The notes under the pieces were generated by a model. It ran no database searches. It saw nothing but the letters and a program-made list of their open reading frames with translations, and had not been told where the DNA came from. This document shows positions 26,896 through 41,442 of a stretch of 64,000 bases of DNA, one piece after another (position 1 is the stretch's first letter; the number at the start of each line of letters is the position of its first letter). Position numbers and translations under genes: made by a program. Where the stretch lies: assembly GCA_951406725.2 (NCBI GenBank), contig OX597816.1, positions 115,754,001-115,818,000 on the forward strand, written 5' to 3'. The DNA is from Octopus vulgaris. Lineage: Eukaryota.

Positions 26896-27575
26896 TGTAT
26901 GTATGTATGTATGTATGTATGTATGTATGTATGTATGTATGTATGTATGTATGTACGTATGTATATATGTATGTATGTATGTGTATTTGCGTGCGTGCGT
27001 GTGTGTGTGTGTGCCTCTGTGTGTGTGTGTGTGTGTGTGTGTTTGGAAATGATCGTAGGCAATGACAGTTTGCATTTTGATGGCTGGTGTTGCCACGCTA
27101 GTAAAAGTAAAGTGATGGCAGTAAGTGGCAGGGGTAGTGAGGGATCATTATACCCATTTTCCAGTCATACACACTGACTCACAGACCCACACACGTATTC
27201 ACACGTATGCACTTTTAGTATGGGCATGCATGTAGATCGACATATACAGACGCAGAGACACATGCATAAAGAAATGAGTAATACGTACGAACATACAAAA
27301 AATGATTTACACAAATACAAAAAATAAAAAAAATTGAATACAGTTGCAGGAAAAATCATAGGAAGTAACAAATGGCAACAAAAAGTTTGTAGAAATAAAT
27401 ATAAAAATATATAAATAATAAATAAAATGAATGGTTACGTAATGTTCAATTTACTTAAAAAGCTGCTAATATATATGTGTGTGTGTGTGCGTATGTATAC
27501 ATACATCTATGTGTGTGTATATATGTATATGTATGTATATAAATGAATGTATGTAGTGTGTGTACACACACACAC

Positions 27576-27682
<107 letters not shown>

Positions 27683-28479
27683 ATATGTATGTATGATTGT
27701 ATGTATGTATGTACTGCGTCTTTATAACTTGTTTTTAGTTTGTGAAATTAACTTCAAAATTGATGCAATTGGAGAATTTGACAACAGTTTGCAGAGGATT
27801 TTATATTTCAGATTTCTTACTTATTTTCTTGTTTTCCTTTTTTTCCTGTAATTTATTTTTCTCGAAATTTCAAACTGATAATTTTTTGTCATTGAAGAAC
27901 GAAAGTGGAATGAAGGGAGAAAGGAAATCATCAAATGCAACATCTTTCAGAGTATTTCTACAAGTCTATCAAAATGTGTGTCAACATCCCTTTAACTAGC
28001 CTAATAAATAACATTGGTCTTTTCTAGCACCAGTTGAATATTTTATGCTTATGGTATTCAGTATAGCCTTATTCGTCCTACATCTCCATATACATGCAAC
28101 TGGTCACACTGAGTTACTTCGCTTAGCTCATTGTTATTTTCATTTATGCAAATAAAAAAGAAGAAACTACATCATACTTGTGTTTTGTTCATTTTCTATA
28201 TTTACTGCTGGAGTAAAAGTAGAACAACTGGTATGTTGATGACACATATAGAGACAGAAACACGTGTCGCAGTTGTTCTTCTATCTTAAGACAATCAGAC
28301 GGTTCTTTCCTTAACAGCAAGTGAAATGTGGATAATTTTCCTTTACACGTTAATTCAGGAACACGTAACTCCTTTGACCGACAAACTCGTCGCCAAACTA
28401 GGGAGATTCTGCCATGCCATATAGTTATTTTTATTAGATCACTTCAATTTAACCCATGCCAGAAAATTTCTATATGTTT

Positions 28480-28855
28480 AGGTTCGGCTGTGTGGTAAAA
28501 TGCTTGCTTCTCCATTACATAATTCCGAGTTCAGTCCCACTGCGTTGCACTTTAGACAAGCGTCTTCTCCTATAGCCTAAAGCCGATCAAATCCTTTGGT
28601 AGACAGAAATTGAAAGACGCCTGTCATGTATATGCATGTGTATGTGTGTATATTTGTGTGTATGTGTGTGCATGTGTGTATGTGTGTGTGGGTGTGTATG
28701 TACGTCTTTGTGTGTATGTACGAACGAGACCGATTTAGTAAGTACTAGGCTTTAAAAAACTCCTGGGATTCGATATATTTGATTAAAACCCTTCAATTTG
28801 ACATGCTCCAGCATGTCAAATGACTGAAACAAGTAAAAGGAATAAAAGAAAAGAA
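28480..28855 (+). mobile_element. CORE-like SINE, diverged copy
   Basis: Colinear with 18986-19402. Confidence 0.8.
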
Positions 28856-30197
28856 AGTAGCTTCTTTTCTGCATTTACGTCACATAACTGATGCCTTGAT
28901 GACACTGCTAGTGTATAAGACACATGCCCAAGATGTCACCTACTGGGATGGAGCCCGAATCAATGCTGTTTCCAAGTGAATTTCTCAAACATGCAGTCAT
29001 CAACGGAAACTGAAGTGAGAACAGTGATGTTTAAATAAATATCTAAACTATTTTGTTCTATGTCCGAACATTTGTGCCAGATTCCGATATTTGTCTTTTC
29101 ACTCAAAGTCCTGAAAATCATTTTGGATATTGAGTTCGGTATTTGCTCTTGCCTTTGTAACATCAAGACCCGTAATACTGGCACTAAGTAATAAAATGGT
29201 GTAGTTTAAACATGTTCAGTTTGCTGCAAGCCAAATTTGAGAGCTACTATTTTTTAATTCTATTAAATCTGGGGCGAAGGACACTATCTGACGCTTTTAC
29301 ACACTCTCTTATTCTAAGATTTAGAAATAACTGAGGTGGATTATGTGATTAATGTTTATTTTGGTAACTTAAGTTCTCTGTTTACTGAGAGTAAATATAG
29401 ATAAGGAGGGAGGTACACAAAAACTCTTTTTCTGGAAAAAGAGTGGGCAAAAAGTTTAATATGGAATTTGGTAGTTGTAATACAATAATACTTAAGAAGT
29501 ATTGAGGGAAGGGTTAGTTTCATCACGTTTACAATAACAAAACTAACATTCCATACAAAACATGTGCTAATGAAGCAAAACGTAGTCCATTTATCATTTT
29601 GTAATTTGGTTTCTATTTTTATAAACACAGTGAAAATGAAAAGTGCGTGTATGTATATCTGTAGCAGTACTAAAAGTAGTATTTGCAAAACGAGTGGAAG
29701 AAAGAGGTGGAAGAAAGAATATGAGAGTGAAAGAAATTAAGAGACATAAAAAGAAAAAGAATCATAGTGTTCACTCATGTCTCAATCCATTTGTTTTCAT
29801 AATAAAACCTCAAATTAATTTGTTATAATTTACATCAGCCTGTAAACATTAATTAAACAGATGGAGTCCATGTTGATAATATTAACTTAACATGTTCCAA
29901 CAAACTAATTTTGCAGCAAATTTCATTAGCTTACAATTGCATTAAAACAAATGATGTAATTATTTCCTTCTAATAAACTACCTGCAAGAGTTCAATATCA
30001 ATTTAATAAATGTTCCAAATTAACCAATCTCTACTAATAAAAATACCACTGTAAGCTCATTACTCTTCAAATTCTCAATTAACAAACTAAAAATGTCTCC
30101 AAATTCAATTCACAAGATGGTTATAATTATTACAGCTGTTGACTAAAACATGATAATATTCCAAATAGAAATTCACTTCTGCTTTAAGTATCACATA

Positions 30198-30370
<173 letters not shown>

Positions 30371-30592
30371 AAGATGAGAATGTGTGTGTGTGTCTGTCTG
30401 AACAACACAACCGATTTCATTCAAATTTCACACATGCTTTACTTAGGGTCCATGCAGTGTCATGGGCCCAAAAACTTTTCAACTTCTTGCCTAATGCGAG
30501 CCCAGTGCAATCTCTTATTTCTTACACTATTTCAGTATTACGTCTCTATTGTATGTAATGTGAGAGATAATACTTCCATATATATACACATA

Positions 30593-30662
<70 letters not shown>

Positions 30663-30681
30663 CATACATGCATACATACAT

Positions 30682-30747
<66 letters not shown>

Positions 30748-31169
30748 CTTATTCATTCCAAAATCGAGTTACTGATTTTGACGTATGGGGTATCAAAAGA
30801 TTCAGTACTATTTCGGCAGCAAACTAAACTTAATTTCCATTCACATATTCGCATTTCAAAAATTTTATGTTATCATTTTTTCCATAAATCAACTATCGTT
30901 TTCTATATGTGTGCGTACCTTCAAAGACATCAATCATCAGGGGACACACCTTCACTCATTCACTCTATCACTCTCTCTTTCTCTCTGTCTGTCTCTTTTT
31001 CATCTCCTTCACTTTCTTTCCCTGTGTCCTTTTCGCTTTCTCTTCTTTCAGTTTCTGCTTTCTTCAAACACAAAATGAGAAAAAGACAGATACAAGAGAA
31101 ACAAAGAGAGACGGGAAACAAGTTTCTATAGAAGATGGGGTCTCAATAGAGAAGGGAGATGAGACTTTT

Positions 31170-31815
31170 GCAAGATCAGCAAATGCATGCTGCAGCACTT
31201 AATGCTGGATCATTAAATCAATGTTTTAATGATTAGACAGAGGTCCAATAGAATAGCTCTCAGAAACAGATGACATACAAATTCGTTCTTCACAACTCCT
31301 GAAGCTGTTTTCAGATATAATCCATCCCATTATTATAAAAATGATAACTCTGTCCAAATTGGTGTCCTAAACACAAATTGTCATTTCTGTAGGAACTTAA
31401 AATTTTCAAATGAAAATGGTATGTGCTTCTCAGGCAGCAAGGTAACACTACCAGGACTACCAGCACCTTCTCAACCTATTAGAAGGCACTTCCATCCAGT
31501 CAAATGATTTTCTGAACAGTGTCATACAATACTACTCCGCATTTCAAATGACATCGTTTACTGCCTCTAAGAAAACAGTTAAACATGAATTTACGCGTTC
31601 ATAAATTACATAACTCCCACCCGCAATTTTCCATGACAGGTTAGGGCCTGAAATACTCTAAACGGATGCATAGTATGTTGCTCAGTCGAATTAGACCATC
31701 ATTTACTCCACAAATGTTTCGTTGTCAATGTTGCACTTTTCATATCACCTGTTTCAATATATTATAAACACACTATACCATTTTAACCCCGCGCAACGCC
31801 GGGTATATCTGCTAG
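31170..31815 (+). mobile_element. Non-autonomous Helitron (N-terminal RepHel fragment plus canonical 3' end)
   Basis: VFRYNPSHYY..QIGVLNTNCHFCRNLKFSNENGMCFSGSKVTLP (Zn-finger) and FLNSVIQYYSAFQMTSF motifs; 3' hairpin CCCGCGCAACGCCGGG (31788-31803), then CTAG|T. 5' end not located. Confidence 0.85.
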
Positions 31816-31818
31816 TAT

Positions 31819-31879
<61 letters not shown>

Positions 31880-32132
31880 CGTATATATTTACATATACAT
31901 ATATATGTATGTATGTATATGTATATATATATACATACATACATGTATGTATGTATATATCTGTATATATGCATATATGTATATATACATACGTATATAT
32001 ATATATATTTACATACATATACTCACATATATATATATATTTATGTATGTGTAGGAGGGTGTATAAGTGTATATACATGAAACACGATCTTCCCGAGCAA
32101 TTAATTTAAGTAAATTACTGCTATATTTGATT

Positions 32133-32171
<39 letters not shown>

Positions 32172-33274
32172 CGCCACCCACCACCACTACTATTACCGTT
32201 TCTAGTGTTCTACTTACTTTTTAACGAGCGCTTTGAGCAATTGCCTTCTACTATATTATCCAATCTACTACATTCTCCAATATAGTTTAACCGACGAACT
32301 GCGATGAAATTTACTTGATCGAAATTATAGAGAAAAACATAATATATATATATATATACATATATAAAATAGTTTTTGAGGGTATATATGTATCGGCAAT
32401 GAATTGTCGGTTGATAGACGCCTTGAAAAATACACTGTAGTACATAGTCCGTATAAATTATCTTATTTTATGCCAAATAAGGATAAAGAAAGATGGATAA
32501 AATTAGATCCACCCAATCTACTGTAGTTGCCCAGTTGTTCACAATATATAACTGAAACCAGTAGAAGAATGAATTAATGGTTCAAACATATGCAAAAATA
32601 CACTTGAGTGTATTATATATTGTTACTAATTATTTATACATTATTTTCCAAGAAATCTATTTTTGTATCATTAACGAAATATACTCTGTTTGTTAAAGTA
32701 TTCGCGTAATTTTTAGATTTAAACAAACTTAATCTAATTTCTACTTATATTGCCGTTGGGGTTTGGCTAATATTTTTTTCAATACATTTAATAAATAAAT
32801 TTTACTTTTACAATTGTATGTACTGCTATATTTTGATACTGAAGGAACTTGGAACCTAGTCAAGTACTTAGGGTGTTGTAGTCACGGACACATCAGCTCG
32901 ATTCCTAGACAGGCTGCGTATTTTGTCCCTGAACGAAGCACTCATTTTCACATTGCTCCACTTGCTTAGCTAAAATAAATACCAGCCGAATACTTGTGTG
33001 GCTTTACCGTGTCTCCAGCTGCCACAAACTAACTACCCCACTTAGTCAAAGGTATTTAAGTTTGCTTGTAACAACATATGTACCTAAAACAATTTTTGAA
33101 AGCATGGTACATGCTCGACTGCTCATGACATCTGTAATTTCGTATCTTGATATTTAAATCCATATTTTAATACGTATTATGGTAGACACCGAGAAAGTTC
33201 CCTATCCAGTGTAACTACGTAAAATAATGGTTGAAGAAAGAGTTCTCGATAGCCTCTATCATTTTAAAGATAAC

Positions 33275-33314
<40 letters not shown>

Positions 33315-33379
33315 ATCTCGAGTATAACAAGCTGAAATTGCAAAGGTAATCTTTGCAACTATATATATATATATATAAA

Positions 33380-33585
33380 GGCACAGGCGTAGCTCGGTTA
33401 CCAACTACATAGTCCCGGGTTCAGTCTCGTTGCGTTGCACTTTGGGTAAGTGTATTCTAGTATAGCCTCGAGCCGACAAAAGCCTTGTGACTGGATTTGG
33501 TAGACGATGTGTGTGTGTGTGCGTGTGTGTGTGGCCACACCATCGCTTGACAACCGATGTTGATGTGTATTATATCCCGCATTAT
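33380..33585 (+). mobile_element. CORE-like SINE, partial
   Basis: Colinear with the 5' two-thirds of 18986-19402. Confidence 0.75.
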
Positions 33586-33642
33586 GACAACGTATTTCGT
33601 CGTCACTGCGGGACTGGCCTGAACAGCGTATCTGATGACTGC

Positions 33643-34770
33643 TTTTCTTTATTTGGCACACAACCCATGGCACAAGGGAGGACGCCGCAAGGACAGACAG
33701 AACACCACAGTGGGGACAAAAACATAAAACGAATGAATGAGAGATGGATAATAGTTAATGAGGATGTAAAGGATACTTGAACCCCACTCTCAACTGTTTT
33801 AATACTAAGTTTCTATATCATTTTTTCCTCTTTTTCCTTTTAGTATTGTATTTGTTGTCTTTAAAAGTTAAAAGCTCACTCACGCCTTACCATCGTATAT
33901 ATGACAAGAAGTCGTCGTAATCCACAACTGGCGGTAGGTCGTCAAACTCTACCCTCACTCCCATTGGGTCTATTTCTTCAATTTCTCATATCTTTCTTTG
34001 ACTACTATGGCTTTTGTACTTTCTGGATAATATTCCGTTGGAAATTTAACTCTTATCACCGATTTAAATTTGGTGATTTTTCCTTCTATATCTGTGTTTT
34101 TTGTATATGTTACTTTATGCCATTTGTTTTTTTTTTCAGTCTTTTGACTGTTTGTTCTTGCTGTCTAAGTGGGTTGTCTGTAATGGTTTCTTTTTCCTTC
34201 GTTCTTGATGCTAGTGGAGGTTCATGTAGTGTAAAATGTGTACAGTCTATTTCACTCTCCTTCTGTTTCTTTACTGGACTCTTCGGAGGTGAGCTCACTA
34301 GCTCTTTTCTTCTTCTTTTGGTTACCTCCGTAAATGGTTCTCCCGCTTCTTTCGTGTATTCTGCTCCTGTTGGCTTTCCTTGTTTTTATTTTCGCCGAAT
34401 TGACAGCAAATTGGTGGCCTTCCTTCTACCACCACTCTCAACCCTATGTCCTCCGGTAGTATTATTTCTTCATCAATTTCATTTAGATCTTGTTGTCCGA
34501 ACTGGACGACCATTTCTAGTCCGTATCCCTACCAATTTATCTTCTTTGTCCGTGTCACCTCTAGAAGTTTGGCGTCTTCCTCGGTTTCGTGCAGTACGGC
34601 TTCCACTAGCCACGCTTCTTTGATTTCTGGTGGTACTCTGCCTATTCTCACTCTGGCGGCCCTTTTGCCGCAGTAGGTAGGTAGGAGTACCCATTTTTCT
34701 GTCTTCAGCGTCACAGTGGAGTGATTTATTGCCTTTTGTTCGTTGGCAAATCTCACCTGCATTGTGCAAG
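33643..34770 (-). mobile_element. Tx1/L1-like ORF1-only non-autonomous retroelement
   Basis: Broken ORF ..RVRIGRVPPEIKEAWL..LRVVVEGRPPICCQFG (ORF1p-like, zinc-knuckle start), charged C-terminus, about 300-bp UTR ending TGTCTGTCCTTG..TTGTGTGCCAAATAAAGAAA. No ORF2. Confidence 0.6.
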
Positions 34771-37415
34771 CTTAAAATTATGTGGGCCTGTGTGTGCGAA
34801 TGAGAGCGTGAGCGCGCGCGCGCGTGTGTGTGTGTCTGTCTGTCTGTCTGTGTGTATGCGTGTGTGTATGATTCTTTATATATTGCTACATATGAACTCC
34901 TGCCGATTGCTTTGCTTTACTGGCACTTCATTTTAAAGACCACGAATGTTCAAAGGCTAAGTTAACCTCCGCAGACTTAGGGTTCACAATGCATAGAGTC
35001 AGAAAAGTTACCACGAGAATTTTTTCGGATGCTCAGCCAAAATGTCTCCTTCGATAATTCGTCACCTGAAATTAATTTAAAGCCTTTAATAATGTACACA
35101 TGTTTATATAATATACATAGACATAAGCAGATATGCATATATATATAACGTGTGTGCGTGTTTTTGAATAGGCATATGTCTATATGTGTATGTGTTTTTT
35201 TAGGTATATGTGTATGTGTATATATGCATTCATGTATGTATGCATGTATGACGTGTTTTTCCGCTTTTTACATAATTTTGATCTGATGATTCATATTCCA
35301 GGAAAAAAAAATATCCGGCACTTCTCAAGTCCCTAGCATGGCTGATAAATGTTCCCATACCTGTCATATATGTATGTGTGTGTGTATATAAGAGTGGGTG
35401 CATGTGTTGTACACATGTTTGATTACGTCTATGTGTGTGTTTATGTATGTGTGTATATATATATATATATGTACGTATGTATATATGTGTGTGTGTGTGT
35501 GTACGTATGTATATGTATCTGTGTGTGTGTGTGTAGTGTAATTTTCTGAAGTGAAGTGTCTGGCAGTCTGGAAGTATGGCAACTAAGCAGAAACAAGCAG
35601 GATTATTTGTTAAGCAGAGTAGCAGACCACCCATTGCATGAAATAGATGTGAAATGAGATAAAAGTGATAAAAAAAAACGTAATAGCAAATAACTTGAAT
35701 GAAAGGCAGTTGGCAAGTCAAGTCAACAGAGATTAAAGTCATGCATCGTGCAACTTTATGGTGTCATATTGCAAAGAAATGACACAAAGCTGCAGAATCA
35801 CTTGGGACCAGAAGCATTGATGTTTCCTTCTTTAAAATGTCTTCTCCCGACCCCACCCAACAGACTCTAGAGTTCTGTCCCGATTCAAATCATCCGCTTT
35901 TTCAATAGAGAGAGCTCCTCCCTCTATCATTTGTAAATTAGAAGAGGTGATAGCTTTGCCCAAGTGAATAACAAAACATCAGACATGAGGGATTGGAGCG
36001 GCTAGTTCAATTCCAGACAACAGTAGTTTGCATTCTGTTTTCCTTATTATTTGTGTTGTTAATGTTGTTATGGGAGTTGTTGTTGTTTCTATGTTGAAAT
36101 GCAAGGAGAGGAAGAATCTAAATGTAAGAAAAACATGTCCATTAGTTGTAGAATTTAGTGGATATCATTCTCTAGTTTTGTGTAGAAAAAAAAAAAGGTC
36201 AGATTAGAAAATGTAGTCCAGGATACAATTTTCTTTTATTCTTTGATTTGTTTTATTTATCTTAACTAAAATAATGGTGGAGCCTCGGATAAAATAAATC
36301 AGGCTATTAGTGGATATCACACTTTTGATGCTTGATTATGTCTATGCTTCTCGAGAATGATTTGGATCAAGATGCTAAATACATATCAGTAAGCGACAGA
36401 AAAGCTGATAGAAGCAATTTTCACGTAGATAGGGCGCTAGTCATTTACAGTTAACTTCTCCATATATTAAAACTCTGCCTAGAAACACATCAAAACACTT
36501 ACAACTGTTTTTAACTGGTGGTGTGTAATCTGACAGATAAAATACTTTATAAATACAGTGATTTTCCTTCAACCATCTCTTATAATAGCTCTAGAAAATC
36601 CTAACCTTATTTTTCATAATTTGACATACTGGCACAATAATTGTTAGAAGACAAATTTATCTTTGAACAAATACTTCAAACTGTTCATTTATAGCGTTCT
36701 GTTATCTGTCTTAACTTGTTAATTATCACTTTCATCTAACAGCATATGCGCCTCTTCCTCGTTTCCTCCACCTTTAGCGGTTTTTCTGCAGAAACCATTT
36801 ATTTTACTCACTATCATGGTTTTCACTGAACTGTGACTTGCCTCTCCATTTTAACTATCCCCATATGCCTCAATTAGATTGGCAGGATAATCTACTGTAA
36901 AAGAATCTATCACATCCGACGTAATTCAAAAGGAGATGAAAACGCCACTTCCCTAATCATTTACTTCATATCTTTGCTGGTGGTCCCCCTTAAAGTGAAT
37001 CCATATTTAGGTGACGGAGCTTTGCAATGGATCGCCTTCACAAGCATTGATATAAAAAAATCCAACGAGAATAATAAAATCAACGCAGACATTAACAGTG
37101 ATAATTACAAATCACACACACACAAAGACACACATACGCACACACCTACATATACATATGATTAAATATAAAATCTCATGCCTTTGAAATATATACAATG
37201 TATCTATTAATAAGACCAAATAAATAAAACAGTTTTCTTGTGCTTGTGGTGGTTATTGTTGCTGTTGTTATAGTGGCCTGTGCTACTATTGCTGTTGCTC
37301 TTGTTCTTTGTTTTCTTTACAGTGTTTGATTTTTTTTTCTGTTTTATTTCTGATTTCTCTGAAATAATGTAACAACATAATTTAACTGTGTAATGTAATA
37401 TAATCAGGAGTATGC

Positions 37416-37451
<36 letters not shown>

Positions 37452-37468
37452 ACATACACAGACTCATG

Positions 37469-37534
<66 letters not shown>

Positions 37535-39354
37535 GATAGATAGATAAATAGATAGATAGATGGATAGATATTCATATGCGTATATATATATATATATATC
37601 CATACATATATACACACGCATATTTAAGATATGCAAGCATATACATGCGCACATGTGTATATATACGTGCTTATGTGTGCATGCATGGCGTGTGAGTGTA
37701 GATCTATATACAAATATAAATGCACACATATTTATTTGTGGATGTGTATGCGCACACTACACTGTACATATAATACCACAAATTACCCAATTATCTTCCT
37801 CGTGTCAACACAACGAAACTGAAACTTCACTCCTAACGATACAAATCATGGGACCTAACTGTGTGGGATTTTATCCTATCCCAATTTGCTTTTGTGATTT
37901 TACAATTCCTTATGGAGGATTTGAAATTTTAGTATTCGTTCTTATGTCTTTAACTCAAACATCATACAAATACTGCAAAGTTATGCATGGCTTACTAAGG
38001 AATTGTCTTCAGTTTTTCAGAAAAAAATAGTGACTTACTTAAATGGCTGCCGTTTCATGAGGAAACGAGAAAAATTATTTTCGTTAAAAAAAAATATAAA
38101 TGTTGTATTTCCTGTCTGATATATTTTTTTTTATATTGTGATATGGTGTAATATATCTCATCGACAGACTACCTTATTGCTTACTACGTTGTAGCTCAAT
38201 GCTTATCAATTTAACATCTATGGACTGTACATATATATCTCGTTTCCAAATCTTTGAATTTTAAAAGTAAAGGTTAATTGTTGTTGTTTTTTCAAGAATT
38301 ACAATGAAAAATATTCTAGCATTAGTCAGTTAGCAGACAAATGATCTCAGGTACCTCTTCTGCATGGCTATTAAGAACATGTTTCTAGACTAGTCTTCTA
38401 CACTTCCTCACGGCAAAAATTCATCCTATTTCACAAACAAATTTAAGTGACTCTTAAATTTATCAAAGCCGACCCTAAATACTTTCTCTAGACTCTAACA
38501 TCTCGGTTTGATAGTAAAATATAGTTGTTAATGTTGCTGCTGTTGTTGAGGCCCAGATTAGATCTAATCGATCAGACTTCTGCTCAAAGTATTCAAATCC
38601 TGTTCATCTTGTCTTTCTGAACATCTGTTATCCAATGTGGTTTTTATTCTAAATATGGTGCAGTGAGATTCGAAACACATTTGACTACTTCTAGTAGTTC
38701 AAGCAACTATGACATTAGAATAAGGAAGTAAGCAATATATAATGCTTAGATTTACACATACATGCATGCATGCATACACACATACATATATGCATACACA
38801 TACATACACACATTTATATATATATTAAAAATGTTGGATTATGAGCAGTCGGGAAAGGAATGGATAGAGCATACGACGATATTTTGTAACATTAGGATTC
38901 TAAAGTATTTGTAAACAAGGAATTATTCAAAAATTATTCCAGCCTATTAGAAAAACTTGAAAACTGGGATGACGACCTCTATGCTAATTCTCACTACCAC
39001 AACAGTAGCACAACACTAAAATGTACAATAGCAAAAAAAAATTAACCTAGTAAACAAACAACGTTCCCATAATGGTCACTGATGCTGATGATAATGGTGA
39101 TGATGATGACGCCATCTTGTGTGTTAGTGTTTTTAACATTAAGATGGGCGTTTTCTGAGTGAAATAGATAATTAAATGAATAGATACTGCCCCTTACTGG
39201 GCAGAAACAACCGCCGAGCACCTGCCAAAAGATTTTATAGTGTTCTTATTGTCAGTTTATAACGAAAGTTTATAACATATATGAGTAAAGAAAGGGGGAA
39301 AAGGACAGTTTAAAGCGTAACTTAAGCGTGTTCGAAAGATCGTCTAACGTATAA

Positions 39355-41165
39355 TAAAAATGATAATAATCCTTTCTTTATTGGCCACAAGGGCCGAACA
39401 CAAAAAGATATAAGGACAATACAAAACAAAGGACAAACACAACAAACAAAAGCAGTTAACAAAAAAATCCAACAATAAAATTCCTCAATGAGGGAGAGCT
39501 CCGGCCAGGGCCAACCAAGATACCCCATAGACCCTGGTCAGCCCGACTGCCAAGAACACGCCAGGTAAGCACCCCACTTTCCCTCAACCGCTCCAGCTTA
39601 AAGAAGAATAATAACACGAGCCATTTGCGCAACATTGACCCCCCTTTTCACAAAGTTACAGGGGTGCAGTACTTCCTTCTCTACCCACACTTTGTTTTTC
39701 AAGCGGAACTTGAAAAAGTCGAAGAGGGATCGGCCGAAGAGCAAAGTGTCAGTCTTCATTCCTTTCAGCCTCGTCTACCACACTACCTCTTTCATTATAG
39801 CCACCAAACAGAAGAAAACAGCCTTTCCTTCCCGACCAAAAGAAGGCGGTGGGGGGTCTTCACAATGGACTCGACTGACAAGTAGATCCGTCCTACTCGT
39901 GACAACAGTTGTTCAACAAAGCTCCACAAGTCGGTAATGCACGGACACTGGACGAGTACTTGCTGCACGGTTTCATAGCCTTGCACACAGCTCGGACAGG
40001 TCCGTGTGACAGCACTTCCGTGTCTGTAGAGCTTGTCTCGAAACAACAGATCTCCCCAGTAGCACTACCAGGCCAGGGATTTCTGGAAGTTATCCATGGG
40101 CCCTAGCCCGAAAGTCTTCCGCAAAAGATCAATTAGTTGATCCATCACGATGCCCAGAGCTTCTCCGAGTACGTCGTCGCTCATTCCCTCCAATGATCCC
40201 CTATAGAACTTCATATTGAAACTTCCACTGACCGCGTTGCCTGACTGACAAAAATATGTGAGCGCTGTGTGACACTTTAGGTGCCAAGCGCCTTTTCTTG
40301 GTCTACGCTTGATCCAGGACTGTAGCTCCATCAATGAGACAAGCTTCTCATAGTCCTCTTTGACGAACCGCGGCCACACCTGCTCATCGTTAAGGAAACA
40401 CTGGAGATGTCGCTGCCTCAGCGCATATCTGCGCATCATTAGCCGTGGCATGCCCAGTCCTCCACTCAGCGGTTGTTGACTGCAGATGGACCGTCTGACG
40501 AGCGGAACACATCATTTCCATACGAAGTGGAAGAGCAAGCGTTCTAACTTCATCAGGTGGAAGAGAGGCAAGGAACGACGGTCAAGTGGTAGTAGATGAT
40601 GGAAGCGATGTACGCATTCGGCACCTCCGCCTGAACCTTCAGGGACAGTTTCCTCACTGCCCATTTCTACGTGAGATTGGCTACTCTGCTCGTCCTCTCC
40701 CCCATTTCTTATGAAGTCTGGACCAAATCAGAGCCCGAGCAATTTAACCGGTCCTTCCGCCCAGCGCCCTACAACGAAACTACCGCATCCTAGATTACGC
40801 GGGATGCCCTTCAAAACATCCAACTTCCGCACTAATGGCTCGAGGGCCAGCATTTACAGAAGAGGTGAGTGTGGGCATCCTTGAAGGACCGAGCGAGTGA
40901 TGCTAAACGATTCCGATAAGTGGATATTTAGTTTGATCACTGAACAGATGTCGTTGTACATTGCAGCGATTCAGCCTCTGGAAACGGGACCGAAACCTGC
41001 GTATTTGAGATCAGCCACTAACTATTGATGGTCGACCCTGTCAAAAGCTTTTGATTGATCCAAATTGATCAAGGCATGTCAGGGTCCTTACCCAGGCTCT
41101 TTACCCTCTCCCCACCCATGTCAGGCTCCTTAACCGCTCTATGATGTAGTGCATAAAGTAAAGGT
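39355..41165 (-). mobile_element. 5'-truncated, degenerate Tx1/L1-clade LINE (RT to 3' UTR)
   Basis: LDQSKAFDRVDH (RT), GGLGMP, zinc knuckle TCPSC..ETVQQVLVQCP; 3' end CCCTTGTGGCCAATAAAGAAAGG(ATT)n. Confidence 0.85.
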
Positions 41166-41328
41166 TGTCGTAGAGGGAAGAAACCCAGTGACAGGTTCCA
41201 GGACTTTGTATCAACAACTTGGAACAAAATATAAACAGGAAAATCGACAACCAACGGGTGTAAACAAAGTATTTTCAAAAGGACGTAATTGGAGCGTTCG
41301 AAAATACGTCCGATATATTCTGAAGTAA

Positions 41329-41442
<114 letters not shown>

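Noticed and set aside
33901-34623. 240-aa + strand ORF
   Set aside because: Antisense shadow of the purine-rich ORF1-like element on the minus strand.
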